Part shown: one piece after another, positions 9,306 to 17,518 of the stretch | How the letters are laid out: every line of letters starts with the position of its first letter | Position numbering within the stretch: position 1 is the stretch's first letter | NCBI GenBank assembly: GCA_964489065.1 | Contig: CAZAXH010000004.1 | Location: 15,181-79,180, forward strand | Direction of reading: 5' to 3' | DNA from: an uncultured Planctomycetales bacterium | Lineage (GTDB): Bacteria > Omnitrophota > Gorgyraeia > Zapsychrales > JANLHA01 | DNA length: 64,000 nt | Translations under genes and position numbers: made by a program | The notes under the pieces: generated by a model | Databases searched by the model: none | Seen by the model: only the letters and a program-made list of their open reading frames with translations | What the model was told of the DNA's origin: nothing

Positions 9306-10988
9306 TTAATGCCCGCTGCTCACGCATGCCCCATGACAGGCCCCGTGGCAGGCGGAATGACACGCGGAATGGCAGGCGGAATGACACGCAGAATGGCACG
9401 CGTCGTGGCAAACATTCTGCAAAAACGGCCCTTCATAACAAAGCGAGGAATTCCGGAAAGAGGAAAACCCTTCCTTGACCTGGGGCGCGCTCACCTCAAG
9501 CGCCCGTCCGACGTCCTGGCTCCGGCGGTAATAATCCCGGTCATGATAATACATCCGGCCGTAATAATGGTGATAATATCCGTCCCAATAATACCCGGCA
9601 TCCGTTTCCTGTTGGGGGTTTTGTTTCTCCTGTTGCAGGATGGCGTCCATACGCTGTTTGTAATACGCTTTTGTGGCGTCCACATCGCAATCCCAGATTT
9701 TTTGCTCAAGCCCCGCGGCCATGGTATGGAAAAGGTCATTGATAAATCCCTGCGGGATATTCCCGGACATATCAATCGCGTTTAAAATATTATTTTCATA
9801 AGGGTCATCCCCACCCGCCGCGCCTGAAACCCGCTCGACCTTCAGCGGATCATGGCTGATCATCTTAAGGAGGCCTTTGCGTTCAAGATTCTGGATCATC
9901 AAGCCGGCCAATGTCCCCAAAGGGATATCCAGCAGAAGCCCTGCCTCCAACGCCGTCAGGTCCTTGTTGATTTTCCCGTCCTTGCGGAACGACCCCACCT
10001 GAATTTTCGGAGGCACCCATTCGTCCCCATCCCAACGGATCGGAGCGATGCCGTCCTGAGCCGATAGCATGGACACATGCTTTCTCGTCATCATTAAAAA
10101 CGGAAAAAGAAAAAAGACAACGCCTCCGAACAGCAGCAGCCCCACCAGACCGCCGGCGGAAAGCGGCACCACCGCCAGGACACTCCCGGGGAAGTACCGG
10201 TTGAAAATATAATTTTCTTCTGCCTTCCGGAATCCGGGGGTATCCGCCCAGGGTTGGGGAGCAGCCATGGTCGTGAGATTAAAATATTTCGCGTCGAGAT
10301 ACGTCTGAATCTGAAAATGATACCGTGAGGGCAAATCATCACGGTGAAAGCGGACCGTGAACACCGGATTCCCTTGCGCGTTGGTCGCCGCCGGATAATC
10401 GATCTTATAGCGCTGATTGACATACTTTTCGGTCAAAAAGTTAACGGCGGACAGGTCCTGGGGGGAAACTTCAGGCGTGTTCATAACGACAGGGTAATGA
10501 ACGGTTACCGTTTCATGCTCCAGGGCGTCACTCCACTGAACCGGGGCCCAGTTAAAAACCGCTAACCGGCCGTGCGGGCTTTCGGTCAGGACGACATGGC
10601 CGCTCTCCTGTAAATCAGTTTCATAATTAAAACGGTAGGTAATCTCTCCGTCATGAAAAGCCTGCCCTCCCGCCAACACGATATCATATTTAGTCGACGA
10701 CAAGTATGTAATATCAAGGGAATACTGCGTGCCGTTCTCGTCAACGGCGTGCGCGTCCAGATCATTGAACCGGGGCACCCCGGCAAAACCTTCAAAATAA
10801 AACCCATGCAGGTCAGCCGCCCGGCAGGCCCAACGGACCGCATAGGAAACCCGGGCTTTCCCATCCGGGTCCAAGACCACATCCACCTCAACCCAGCGCA
10901 TTTTAAATGACCCGCACCAGGCTGGAGCAGCCAGGCTGATGAGAAATATCAGCGTTATGAGGGGAAAAATTGTCTTTTTCTTAAACAT
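9306..10988 (-). CDS. DUF2207-like membrane protein with a C-terminal Tyr/His-rich segment and a (C-H-x-A)x7 repeat tail
   Basis: Signal peptide. About 250-aa extracytoplasmic domain. TM (VLAVVPLSAGGLVGLLLFGGVVFFLFPFLMM). A C-terminal cytoplasmic region ending YYWDGYYHHYYGRMYYHDRDYY...CHDACHSACHSACHSACHSACHGACHGACVSSGH. Confidence 0.7.
   Translation of the reverse strand: MFKKKTIFPLITLIFLISLAAPAWCGSFKMRWVEVDVVLDPDGKARVSYAVRWACRAADLHGFYFEGFAGVPRFNDLDAHAVDENGTQYSLDITYLSSTKYDIVLAGGQAFHDGEITYRFNYETDLQESGHVVLTESPHGRLAVFNWAPVQWSDALEHETVTVHYPVVMNTPEVSPQDLSAVNFLTEKYVNQRYKIDYPAATNAQGNPVFTVRFHRDDLPSRYHFQIQTYLDAKYFNLTTMAAPQPWADTPGFRKAEENYIFNRYFPGSVLAVVPLSAGGLVGLLLFGGVVFFLFPFLMMTRKHVSMLSAQDGIAPIRWDGDEWVPPKIQVGSFRKDGKINKDLTALEAGLLLDIPLGTLAGLMIQNLERKGLLKMISHDPLKVERVSGAAGGDDPYENNILNAIDMSGNIPQGFINDLFHTMAAGLEQKIWDCDVDATKAYYKQRMDAILQQEKQNPQQETDAGYYWDGYYHHYYGRMYYHDRDYYRRSQDVGRALEVSAPQVKEGFSSFRNSSLCYEGPFLQNVCHDACHSACHSACHSACHSACHGACHGACVSSGH
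9318..9404. repeat. 12-nt tandem repeat (about 7 units, consensus aatgRcaSgcRg on the + strand) encoding the CHxA repeats
   Basis: Seen directly: ...aatgacacgcgg aatggcaggcgg aatgacacgcag aatggcacgcgt... Confidence 0.8.
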
Positions 10989-11130
10989 AAAAATTTATAA
11001 GGGGATAATAGTAAAAATCATTATAATAACTCTTCTGCCGGGTGTCCAGAATCCAAATATAAATTAATGTCTATCAAAAGACAAAAAATAACGGGTCTGA
11101 AGTGTCTCCGGGAACCGCTTCTATTATTTT

Positions 11131-11159
11131 TTGCATTATCCAGGTTCGTTGTTATAATG
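11131..11159 (+). promoter_or_regulatory. Sigma70-like promoter for the + strand operon (TTGCAT-17-TATAAT)
   Basis: TTGCAT at 11131-11136 and TATAAT at 11154-11159 with a 17-nt spacer, about 35 nt upstream of the 11191 ATG in an AT-rich divergent intergenic region. Confidence 0.5.
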
Positions 11160-11190
11160 TGTTTTATTATTAAACTTTAAGGAAACCACC

Positions 11191-12837
11191 ATGCGGATTA
11201 CTTTTGTAGCTCTTGGCTGGGAGCAACTCAGCATTTCCATGCTGACCGCCCTAGCGAAACTCGACGGACATGAAGTGAGCCTTGCGTTCAGTCCCGGATT
11301 GTTCCATGACCGCTATAATCTGCGTGTCCCGTTTTTAGCCGCCATCTTCGATGACCGGACCCGGGTCTTAAAAACAATCGCCCAACAAAAGCCGGATGTC
11401 CTAGCCTTTTCAGCGATGACCGGGACCTATCAGTGGCTGCTGGGAATCGCGCGAGACGCCAAACGCCTGAACCCGAACGTCAAAGTCCTGTTCGGAGGCG
11501 TGCACGCCTCCGCCGTTCCGGACCGGGTCCTTCAACAAAAACCGGTCGATTTTGTTTGCGTCGGGGAGGGAGATATGGCTTTCCGGCTTATTTTGCAGGC
11601 TATCGCCCGCAAAAATTTTTCCGACCCGATCCCCAACACACGCTACAAAACGCCCGACGGAACGATTATCCGTGGCGCACAAACCGGTTTTATCCAGGAT
11701 TTAGACAGCCTCCCGGGCTTTGACAAATCCCTCTGGGAAGACCATATCCGTCTGGGAGACATTTATTTCACCATGGCTTCCCGGGGCTGCCCGTTCCGCT
11801 GCACCTACTGTTTTAATAGTTTCTTCAGTCAATTAGGCGGGCCCGACAAGACAAAATATGTCCGCCAGCGCAGCGCCGGACACATGTTAGAGGAACTGCG
11901 TTACGCCCGCCGGAGATATCATTTGCGGTTGGTCGAATTTGAAGACGACATTTTCACGTTTAACAAAAAATGGCTGAAAGACTTTCTGGACCAGTATAAA
12001 AAGGAGATCGGGATTCCTTTTCAATGCCTCTCCCACCCTTCCTTTATGGATGACGACGTTATCCGGTGGCTTTCCGAAGCCGGCTGCCGGTTTGTCCAAA
12101 TGGGGATCCAAAGCGCGGACGAAGACTTCAAAAACCGGATGATCAAGCGTTACGAAAAGACCCGGCATATTGAGCGTGTCATGCAAACAATGCGTAAATA
12201 TCATGTTGAACTGAAAGTCGACCACATGTTTGGGCTTCCGGAAGAACCCGTGTCAGCCCAGGAAAGCGCCCGGGAGCTCTATGCCAGAATCCCGCCCTAC
12301 CGGATTCAGACATTCTGGATGAATTACTTCCCGGGCACCGAAATGACAGAATACGCCCTGACAAACGGGCTCCTGTCTCCAAAAGAGGTCGAAAATCTTA
12401 AGGACGGAAATCAGCCTGATTTCTACCGCAACAGTTCGAGGGTCATGGCCCCGGAAAACCGAAAGCTCTACGCCGCCTATGAAACCATATTCAAACTTCT
12501 GCCGATTGTTCCCCCCGCCCTCAGGGAACACCTCCTGGCCCGATCCTTCCGGGAACTCCCCAAATTCCTGAATTCCTGGATCAGTTTTATGGCCGATGTT
12601 GTCAGCGGGTTATGGAGAAGAAATCCTGATCATATCGGTTACGCGAAATACTATCTTTATCATATGACCCGGTTTATCCTGGCAAAATGCGGGCGCACAA
12701 TGCCCCCGGCCACCCGGACGCGCGGGCACGAACGTTCTTTCCCCCGCCTCCGGCAAAACTCAAATCCAGTTCCAGTCCGGGGGGGCGAGCAAGCTGTTTC
12801 TTCGGAACCGGCCCTTATTTTCCGCAAAGGGAATTAA
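11191..12837 (+). CDS. B12-binding (class B) radical SAM enzyme
   Basis: N-terminal cobalamin-binding Rossmann-like region. Radical SAM core with ASRGCPFRCTYCFNS (CxxxCxxC). About 550 aa, typical for class B rSAM methyltransferase-like enzymes. Confidence 0.8.
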   Translation: MRITFVALGWEQLSISMLTALAKLDGHEVSLAFSPGLFHDRYNLRVPFLAAIFDDRTRVLKTIAQQKPDVLAFSAMTGTYQWLLGIARDAKRLNPNVKVLFGGVHASAVPDRVLQQKPVDFVCVGEGDMAFRLILQAIARKNFSDPIPNTRYKTPDGTIIRGAQTGFIQDLDSLPGFDKSLWEDHIRLGDIYFTMASRGCPFRCTYCFNSFFSQLGGPDKTKYVRQRSAGHMLEELRYARRRYHLRLVEFEDDIFTFNKKWLKDFLDQYKKEIGIPFQCLSHPSFMDDDVIRWLSEAGCRFVQMGIQSADEDFKNRMIKRYEKTRHIERVMQTMRKYHVELKVDHMFGLPEEPVSAQESARELYARIPPYRIQTFWMNYFPGTEMTEYALTNGLLSPKEVENLKDGNQPDFYRNSSRVMAPENRKLYAAYETIFKLLPIVPPALREHLLARSFRELPKFLNSWISFMADVVSGLWRRNPDHIGYAKYYLYHMTRFILAKCGRTMPPATRTRGHERSFPRLRQNSNPVPVRGGEQAVSSEPALIFRKGN

Positions 12838-12929
12838 AACCCTGAATAAAAAAATGAAAAAGGATTCCCCCGAAGGCTCAACCTTCGATATGATATTTAT
12901 ATTCTAAACAGTCAAGTCAAAAAAATCTT

Positions 12930-14711
12930 ATGCGACACTTTTTCCTTAAAAACCTGAAATGGATTGCCGATGACCCGCTCCGGGCCCTTGTTTTATGCCT
13001 GCTTTTGACTTTTCTCGCCTACAGCAACAGCCTGGCCCATGACTTTATCATTGACGACTTCAGCTTTATCGTGGACTGGCCGTTGATTCAGGATCTGCGT
13101 AACTTCCCGGAATTTTTCGGCCCGCACAATCAGCCTCCGGGCGAAGAAGGCGTGTACTCCCCGCTTAAAACCCTCATGCACGCCCTCAATTACGCTCTTT
13201 GGGGCACGGATCCGCTGGGGCACCATCTGGTCGCTATATTAGTTCTGTTGCTTTCCACTTTCTACGTTTACCGCCTCAGTTTCCTCGTCACGGCCAACCG
13301 GCTGATCGCGTTTCTCTCCGCGGTCTTTTTCGGCCTGCATCCCATTCACACCGAAACCGCCGCCACAAAAACCGGCAGCGTGGATACCACCGGGGTCCTT
13401 TTTTTATTCATCGCTTTCTTTTACTACCTCCGGGCCCGCCAGGCCCGCGCACCCCAAACAGGGCCGGCCTCGTTCCTATGGGGAACCCGGGATTATAAAC
13501 TGGCGCTCTTATTTTCATATTTGTCCACATTCCTGCATGAACTTTGCCTGACCATCCCTCTGCTCTGGGTTTTGTATGAACTCGCTTTTCCCCTGCCCCG
13601 GGAAAAGGGAAGGATTCAACACGCCACGCTGCGCGTTCTTCCGTTCTTTATCATCACCGTCATTTATATCGCCATCAAATTCTGGCTCCTGAAAGACATT
13701 TCCCGGGGAGATTATCTGGGCGGTAGTTTTTATCTCACGATGCTCGTCATCCTGAAGGTGCAAGTCAAAAATTGTCTGATCATGTTTTTCCCGTTTACTC
13801 TGGCGGTAAAACACGTCATATCAAAAGGGATCTTTGCCGTGGACGTCTGGGACTTCGACCAGCAGGCGGTTCTGCAGCAATCTATCCTGGACCCCCAAGT
13901 CATCAGCTCCATCCTGTTTTTAGGGTTGATCGCAGCGGCAACGGTCTGGGCTTATAAAAACAACCGGCTGATTTTTTTCTGTATCGGCTGGTTCTATATC
14001 AGCGTTCTGCCGGCGGCCAACATCGTTCCCATAGAATCCTTTTTTGCTGAACGTTACCTCTACCCTGGCTCCTGGGCCTTTTGCTTACTCATCGCTTATG
14101 GCGTCTTCCTCGGGCTTGATCCGGAGAAAACCGCCCCTGTCCCCATCTTCGGACGGATGATTCCCCGGGGCCAGGTTCAAAACACGGCCATCGCCCTTCT
14201 TCTCATCACCACGACCTTCTATTTTGTGCGGACCTTTCTCCGGAACCGCGACTGGCGCACGCAATTGACCTTTTTCCAGGCAGAAGTGCGGGCCAACCCC
14301 CAAAGCGCCGATCTCTTCAACGGACTGGGGAAAGCGTATCTGCAAGACGGACAGCCCCAAAAGGCCACAGAAGCTTTTCAACGCGCAGTAGCCATTCAAC
14401 CTAAAATGCCGCTTTATTACTTCAGCCTGGCCGAGGCATACACGGCGCAAAAAGATTTTCCCCAGGCGGAAAAAATTTTACTTAAAGCCATTCACCTCGA
14501 CCCCCAATATGCTGAAGCTTATTTTAACGTGGCCATTATTAAAATTCTGCAAGGCGACATGAAAAGCGCAGAAGATTACGCGGCCCGCTCCTTTAACCTG
14601 CTCCTGGAACAAGGACGCTGGGAAGACAGCCAGCGGTACAGAAAAGCCTTTTATGATTTCTCTTATCAAAATTTTATTACTCATCCCGTGCCCAAAGAGG
14701 ACGCCTCGTAA
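12930..14711 (+). CDS. Polytopic membrane protein with C-terminal TPR repeats, resembling PMT/TMTC or GT39/ArnT-type glycosyltransferases
   Basis: About 10 TM helices followed by TPR-like repeats (AEVRANPQSADLFNGLGKAYLQDGQPQKATEAFQRAVAIQP...YFNVAIIKILQGD). This architecture is typical of TPR-bearing membrane glycosyltransferases. Confidence 0.55.
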   Translation: MRHFFLKNLKWIADDPLRALVLCLLLTFLAYSNSLAHDFIIDDFSFIVDWPLIQDLRNFPEFFGPHNQPPGEEGVYSPLKTLMHALNYALWGTDPLGHHLVAILVLLLSTFYVYRLSFLVTANRLIAFLSAVFFGLHPIHTETAATKTGSVDTTGVLFLFIAFFYYLRARQARAPQTGPASFLWGTRDYKLALLFSYLSTFLHELCLTIPLLWVLYELAFPLPREKGRIQHATLRVLPFFIITVIYIAIKFWLLKDISRGDYLGGSFYLTMLVILKVQVKNCLIMFFPFTLAVKHVISKGIFAVDVWDFDQQAVLQQSILDPQVISSILFLGLIAAATVWAYKNNRLIFFCIGWFYISVLPAANIVPIESFFAERYLYPGSWAFCLLIAYGVFLGLDPEKTAPVPIFGRMIPRGQVQNTAIALLLITTTFYFVRTFLRNRDWRTQLTFFQAEVRANPQSADLFNGLGKAYLQDGQPQKATEAFQRAVAIQPKMPLYYFSLAEAYTAQKDFPQAEKILLKAIHLDPQYAEAYFNVAIIKILQGDMKSAEDYAARSFNLLLEQGRWEDSQRYRKAFYDFSYQNFITHPVPKEDAS

Positions 14712-14726
14712 CGAATCATCGCCATT

Positions 14727-15911
14727 ATGAAACCTGTTTCTTTACAGTCTGTTCTGAAGAATATAATCTGTCAGTCCTGCCCTAACGGATGTCACCTCAG
14801 CCTTTACGGCGAAAACAGGGACTGTATAAAAATCACAGGGAATCAATGTCAAAAAGGCGTTGATTACGCTCTGCCTTTTCTCCAGGCCTTGGCTGGACCC
14901 AGCCCTTCGGCTTGCGCCGGGTCCTTTCATCCGGTTCAAATCACGGAGGCACGTTCACCTGCCCCCTCCCGGCAAATCCTGCAAGATGTCGCTACGCAGT
15001 GGGGATTGGAGATAAAAACCCTCCTTCCCGGCCTCGATATTGACGGGAGCCCGGAAAGGAGCCTCTTCCGGACTGTATTCAAAAATGCCGCCGGAGAGCG
15101 CTATATTCTGGAACAAATCCCGCAAAAATCACTGGAAGCCAGGACACGAATTGCCGGCACCCTGGCCTATTTAAAACAGCAAGGACTAAAAAAAATCCAA
15201 CCTTACCTCCCTGGGCGTCAAAACCACTTCGTCCTAAAGCACGCGGGGCAATTTTGGCAAATCATTCCGTTTATCCCGGGAACCCCGTTGGACCGGCAAC
15301 ACTACCTTTATGAAAAATGGCGGGGGACCGAGCTGGCTGATTTTCTCATCGCGTTAAGAAACAAAAGCCTCGCGCTACCGTTTTTTGACCCCAGACAATT
15401 TTTTTCGCTCACAGACTACATCAGACAGATGTCTCAAAATATTCTTAAATATCATCCTTCCCTAGGCCGATCCCTGGAGCCGGTTCTGATATTTCTGGAA
15501 GAAAATTTCTTTCCCGTTTATGACACGTTCCCGCTCGCATTTTCTCATGGAGATTATCATCCCCTTAATATTATCTGGGGGTCTGCTGACATTCAGGCGG
15601 TGATTGACTGGGAATTCGCCGGCTATAAGCCGGAACAATATGACACCGCTAATCTGATCGGATGTATCGGCATAGAACACCCATCCGGCTTACGGGGGGA
15701 ACTGGTCACTGAATTTATCAAACGGCTCCGAGCAGCCCGGGTGATCCATGACATCAGCTGGCATTATCTGGTTGAATTCATCGTTGCGGTCCGGTTCGCG
15801 TGGCTTTCAGAATGGCTCCGCAAGAAAGACTCTGACATGATCGAGATGGAAACCGTCTACATGAAACTCTTGGTGGAAGAAAAATCTGCTCTCAAAAAAG
15901 CGTGGTTTTAG
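14727..15911 (+). CDS. Kinase of the APH/choline-kinase-like phosphotransferase family with an N-terminal Cys-rich CPxGC...GNxCxxG module resembling DUF1667
   Basis: N-terminus CQSCPNGCHLSLYGE...ITGNQCQKG. Kinase catalytic motifs HGDYHPLNIIW and IDWEFAGY (Brenner and DxE motifs). Confidence 0.65.
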   Translation: MKPVSLQSVLKNIICQSCPNGCHLSLYGENRDCIKITGNQCQKGVDYALPFLQALAGPSPSACAGSFHPVQITEARSPAPSRQILQDVATQWGLEIKTLLPGLDIDGSPERSLFRTVFKNAAGERYILEQIPQKSLEARTRIAGTLAYLKQQGLKKIQPYLPGRQNHFVLKHAGQFWQIIPFIPGTPLDRQHYLYEKWRGTELADFLIALRNKSLALPFFDPRQFFSLTDYIRQMSQNILKYHPSLGRSLEPVLIFLEENFFPVYDTFPLAFSHGDYHPLNIIWGSADIQAVIDWEFAGYKPEQYDTANLIGCIGIEHPSGLRGELVTEFIKRLRAARVIHDISWHYLVEFIVAVRFAWLSEWLRKKDSDMIEMETVYMKLLVEEKSALKKAWF

Positions 15912-15954
15912 CCAGGGACGGCCCCGCAGGATTCCCGACACACGCAAAAAACCA

Positions 15955-16398
15955 TCAATAGGCCCGGGATGAATCCGGAGGAAACGGGAAGGACTCTTCC
16001 GTCCAAATTTCAATGCCGCCGGACTTCAGCAAGGAGGCGGTGATGCCGTCGCCAAAGATAATTTTTCCGGAAAAACTTCCGTCATACACCTGTCCGCACC
16101 CACATGACGCGCTCCGCTGTTTTAACAAAGCTTTTTTAATCCCCATAAGCCGCGCCATCTTCAAAACTTCCTGCGCTCCCTGCTGAAAGGCCCGCGTCAC
16201 ATCTGTCCCATCTTTGGCCACAACCCGCTGGCCCTGAATTTCTGAAGGAAGCCGGGGAGTCGGGAGCCCGCCCAATTGTTCCGGGCAAACCGGTATCAAA
16301 ATTTCTCGCCCCAGCAAAGACACCGCCCCCCGATGCGGCTTGCTTCCGGCATCATACCGGCAACACACCCCCAACAAACAGGCACTGCAAAGCATCAT
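15955..16398 (-). CDS. DUF523 family protein (TudS-like)
   Basis: N-terminal MMLCSACLLGVCCRYDAGSK matches the conserved Cys-rich DUF523 start. About 147 aa. Confidence 0.55.
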   Translation of the reverse strand: MMLCSACLLGVCCRYDAGSKPHRGAVSLLGREILIPVCPEQLGGLPTPRLPSEIQGQRVVAKDGTDVTRAFQQGAQEVLKMARLMGIKKALLKQRSASCGCGQVYDGSFSGKIIFGDGITASLLKSGGIEIWTEESFPFPPDSSRAY

Positions 16399-16533
16399 AA
16401 CACCCTCCTCTCTGAAACGGATTAAAAACCGTCCTCTCTATAACAAATAAAACCCGGAATCCCTGGAACCGGCTCACATTCTACCCATATTATCCCGGCC
16501 GTCAAGGCCGCTTCCAAAACAAAAGAAAAAAAA

Positions 16534-16561
16534 GACAGAACTCATTTTAAGAAGTTCTGTC
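16534..16561 (-). terminator. Intrinsic terminator downstream of csp
   Basis: GACAGAAC-N12-GTTCTGTC hairpin followed on the minus strand by a run of 10 T (an A-run at 16524-16533 on the + strand). Also T-rich on the + side, so it may act bidirectionally. Confidence 0.6.
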
Positions 16562-16590
16562 TTTTTACCCGGATCTATAAAAGTTCAGGG

Positions 16591-16791
16591 TTAGATTTTA
16601 ACTACATTCTTGGCTTGTTCGCCTTTAGGACCGTTAGCGATTTCGAATTCGACTTTCTGTCCTTCCTCCAAGGTCTTGTAGCCATTACCCTGTATTTCGC
16701 TGTGGTGCACAAATACATCTTCGCCAGATTCAGGAGTAATAAATCCGTAACCTTTTTGGTTGTTAAACCATTTGACTATTCCTTTTGCCAT
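16591..16791 (-). CDS. csp: Cold-shock protein (CspA family)
   Basis: [34 protein letters not shown]... The RNP1/RNP2 motifs are intact. 66 aa. Confidence 0.95.
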   Translation of the reverse strand: MAKGIVKWFNNQKGYGFITPESGEDVFVHHSEIQGNGYKTLEEGQKVEFEIANGPKGEQAKNVVKI

Positions 16792-16842
16792 TACTCAGTG
16801 CCTCCTTTCGATAAAACTTGAGTAAATGATGGCATAACCTAA

Positions 16843-16875
16843 AAACAAAAACCGCAAGGTAAGTAACCTTCTACC
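16843..16875 (-). terminator. Hairpin plus T-run in the csp upstream region. Either the terminator of the upstream gene or a csp 5'-UTR structure.
   Basis: CCGCAAGGTA-N10-TACCTTGCGG, a perfect 10-bp stem, followed on the minus strand by TTTTTGTTTTT. Confidence 0.45.
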
Positions 16876-17088
16876 TTGCGGTCTAAGATCTCTTTTCCTT
16901 GCTTTACTCGAGGGAAATTATGCACTATTTTTTCTGTTTTGTCAATTATTTATTATTTTATTATTCTGCCTTCTAAGATTTCTCTTTTTATCGTCGGAAA
17001 CGGCTCAACAGGCAGACCGCACGATAACCCCCATCATCAAAAATCTTCCCGCTATTCTAACGGAAAACACACGAAAACCAATACGACC

Positions 17089-17517
17089 TTAAGGATTTTC
17101 CATCTTTTGAATGATGTTATTAATCGCGCAAACCAGCGGCCAGAAGCGGTCATTCTTGCGCAGAAAAATAGGCCCCCTGCGTTGGCCGCTTAAATTCTCG
17201 TTCATTTCCCGAATAATCCTGTCATACGGGCCGACAATACTGTGGGAGATCCGGTAAGCCATGACTAAAATAAATATAATGACGGTGGGGATAACCAGAA
17301 AAAGCATCTGTGTAACCTTACTGGCGGCCGGCACAATATGGTAAGCGATGGTTTCCGGGATACCGATTTGTTCCGCCGTCACGTAAAAAATAAAATAATA
17401 CAGGGAAACCGAAACGATAATCGTTGGGATGATCGCGGCACCAAAAACCAGAAAAAAAATTTCTTTATGCATGGCATTGGCAAACATCCGTTTCCGCAAA
17501 TTAGAATTTTTAGTCAT
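17089..17517 (-). CDS. Small membrane protein: 2 TM plus a HAMP-like domain only
   Basis: Two hydrophobic helices, then a HAMP-like segment (SIVGPYDRIIREMNENLSGQRRGPIFLRKNDRFWPLVCAINNIIQKM). No output domain. Confidence 0.5.
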   Translation of the reverse strand: MTKNSNLRKRMFANAMHKEIFFLVFGAAIIPTIIVSVSLYYFIFYVTAEQIGIPETIAYHIVPAASKVTQMLFLVIPTVIIFILVMAYRISHSIVGPYDRIIREMNENLSGQRRGPIFLRKNDRFWPLVCAINNIIQKMENP

Positions 17518-17518
17518 T

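Noticed and set aside
9318-9404. Possibility that the short tandem repeat is a CRISPR array
   Set aside because: The units are 12 nt and directly adjacent with no spacers. They sit in frame inside a coding sequence. No cas genes are present anywhere in the window.
9295-9411. ORF-track N-terminal 39 codons of the rSAM (MPRRVPFCVSFRLPFRV...) overlapping the DUF2207 gene
   Set aside because: This is the out-of-frame translation of the 12-nt coding repeat. A GGAG RBS and the MEYYANIRW start lie directly after the DUF2207 stop, so the upstream extension is almost certainly not translated.
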